Below, piece after piece: positions 62,809 to 64,000 of a stretch of 64,000 nucleotides of DNA. A program made the translations under genes and the position numbers. The stretch's first letter is position 1. Every line of letters begins with the position of its first letter. This DNA is from an uncultured Acidobacteriota bacterium (GTDB lineage Bacteria; Acidobacteriota; JAQAZP01): contig CAWIIB010000001.1 of NCBI GenBank assembly GCA_963836075.1, positions 64,001 to 128,000 of the forward strand, in the 5' to 3' direction. The notes under the pieces were generated by a model, which ran no database searches, was not told the origin of the DNA, and saw only the letters and a list, made by a program, of their open reading frames with translations.

Positions 62809-63783
62809 ATGAGCGGCAGCCGGTTGAAGGCCGGAGTGATCGGCGTGGGCCACCTGGGCCGGATTCACGCCCGGATTTACAACGAACTGACCGACGTGGA
62901 CCTGGTGGGTGTGGCGGACAGCGACGGTGACGCGGCCGGGACAGTGGCCGGGGAGCTGGGTGTTGCGGCCTGCGGATCGGCCGCGGAACTGCTGGACCGC
63001 GGCCTCGACCTGGTCAGCCTGGCCACTCCCACCGTGTCCCACGTCGAACTGGGCGAGCAGGTGCTGGGCCGGGGCTGCCACCTGCTGGTGGAAAAACCGC
63101 TGGCCGTCGACCTTGTCGAGGCCGACCGGTTGATCGCGGCCGCCGCTGCCGCCGGAAAAATCCTCCAGGTCGGGCACCTGGAGCGGTTCAACCCCGCCTA
63201 CAGTTCGCTGAGCAGAAAACTTGCACAGCCGATGTTCATCGAGGCCCACCGTCTGGGTGTTTTCACCGCCCGGAGCATCGATGTTGACGTGGTGCTCGAC
63301 CTGATGATCCACGATCTCGACCTGGTGCTCTCCATGGACCAGTCCGGCCTGCGGCAGGTGGACGCCTCCGGGGTGGCGATTCTGACCCCCAAGGTGGACA
63401 TCGCCAGCGCCCGGCTGACCTTCAATTCCGGCTGCGTGGCCAACATCACCGCCAGCCGGGTCAGCGCCGACCGGGTGCGGAAATTCAGGATCTTCCAGCG
63501 GGATGCCTACTTCTCCCTCGACCTGCAGGAACAGACCGTCCAGCACGTCTATCTCTCCCTCGGCGGCGGGCTGCCGCAGATCGTGCGGGAGAACCTGGAG
63601 GTGGAAGGCACCCAGCCCCTGCAGGCGGAGATCCGCGGGTTCCTCGGCGCCGTACGGCATGGCGGGGCACCGCTGGTCAGCGGTGCCGACGGCCGAAACG
63701 CGTTGGAACTGGCACTGGTGGTCCAGGAAAAAATCGAATCCCACCTGAAATCCGCTGAAACCGGAGCTGCCCCTGCATCGTAG
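62809..63783 (+). CDS. Gfo/Idh/MocA oxidoreductase (GnnA-like)
   Basis: GVGHLG, VEKP, VGHLERFNP, DVVLDLMIHD, TASRVS; directly after lpxA. Confidence 0.88.
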   Translation: MSGSRLKAGVIGVGHLGRIHARIYNELTDVDLVGVADSDGDAAGTVAGELGVAACGSAAELLDRGLDLVSLATPTVSHVELGEQVLGRGCHLLVEKPLAVDLVEADRLIAAAAAAGKILQVGHLERFNPAYSSLSRKLAQPMFIEAHRLGVFTARSIDVDVVLDLMIHDLDLVLSMDQSGLRQVDASGVAILTPKVDIASARLTFNSGCVANITASRVSADRVRKFRIFQRDAYFSLDLQEQTVQHVYLSLGGGLPQIVRENLEVEGTQPLQAEIRGFLGAVRHGGAPLVSGADGRNALELALVVQEKIESHLKSAETGAAPAS

Positions 63784-63859
63784 AACAGTATGTGATACCC
63801 CGCGGCGGGCTGGCGTCACGGTTCCGCCGTTTGTGCGTTGCTCGAAAAAAGGAGATCCC

Positions 63860-64000
63860 ATGATGTACTGCAGATCGAGGTCCCGCTCCATACCTTTCCT
63901 CTTCGCGCTCTCAGCCGCGGCGGTCCTGCTGCTCTTTCCGTGCGCGCTCCACGCCGATGACGACAACCCGAAGAACGACCTGGAACGCGACTACGTGGCG
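63860..64000 (+). CDS. secreted protein, 5' fragment running off the window
   Basis: AAGGAG RBS; signal peptide ending ALHA-DDD; open to window end. Confidence 0.7.
   Translation, partial: MMYCRSRSRSIPFLFALSAAAVLLLFPCALHADDDNPKNDLERDYVA

Overview
High-GC, housekeeping-dominated chromosomal segment of a diderm (LPS/BamA-containing) bacterium. The gene order and protein styles (short GreA, aroD-aroE fusion, lolE-lolD-clpC-bamA-skp-lpxD-fabZ-lpxA) suggest Acidobacteriota or a relative; this is inference. It holds about 60 CDS covering shikimate, pyrimidine, TCA, replication/repair, fatty-acid and envelope genes, plus an initiator tRNA-Met with promoter and terminator. I see no mobile element, integrase or CRISPR array. 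Several genes (MsbA-like exporter, rlpA, pyrD 3' end, rarA, fabF, etfB) are broken, mostly by extra bases, which looks like sequencing or assembly error. The most notable feature is the fatty-acid synthesis cluster yceD-rpmF-plsX-[acyl-CoA dehydrogenase]-fabG-acpP-fabF-etfB-etfA. An acyl-CoA dehydrogenase sits where fabH/fabD normally lie and overlaps fabG (ATGA), and ETF genes directly follow fabF. This is a candidate ETF-linked acyl-/enoyl-ACP oxidoreductase module of FAS II. Secondary leads: a PyrR lacking RNA-binding residues with a structured leader, an orphan radical SAM/SPASM enzyme, a methyltransferase with a PqqD-like tail, an HDOD hybrid kinase with an unusual upstream element, and a coiled-coil/FHA protein.
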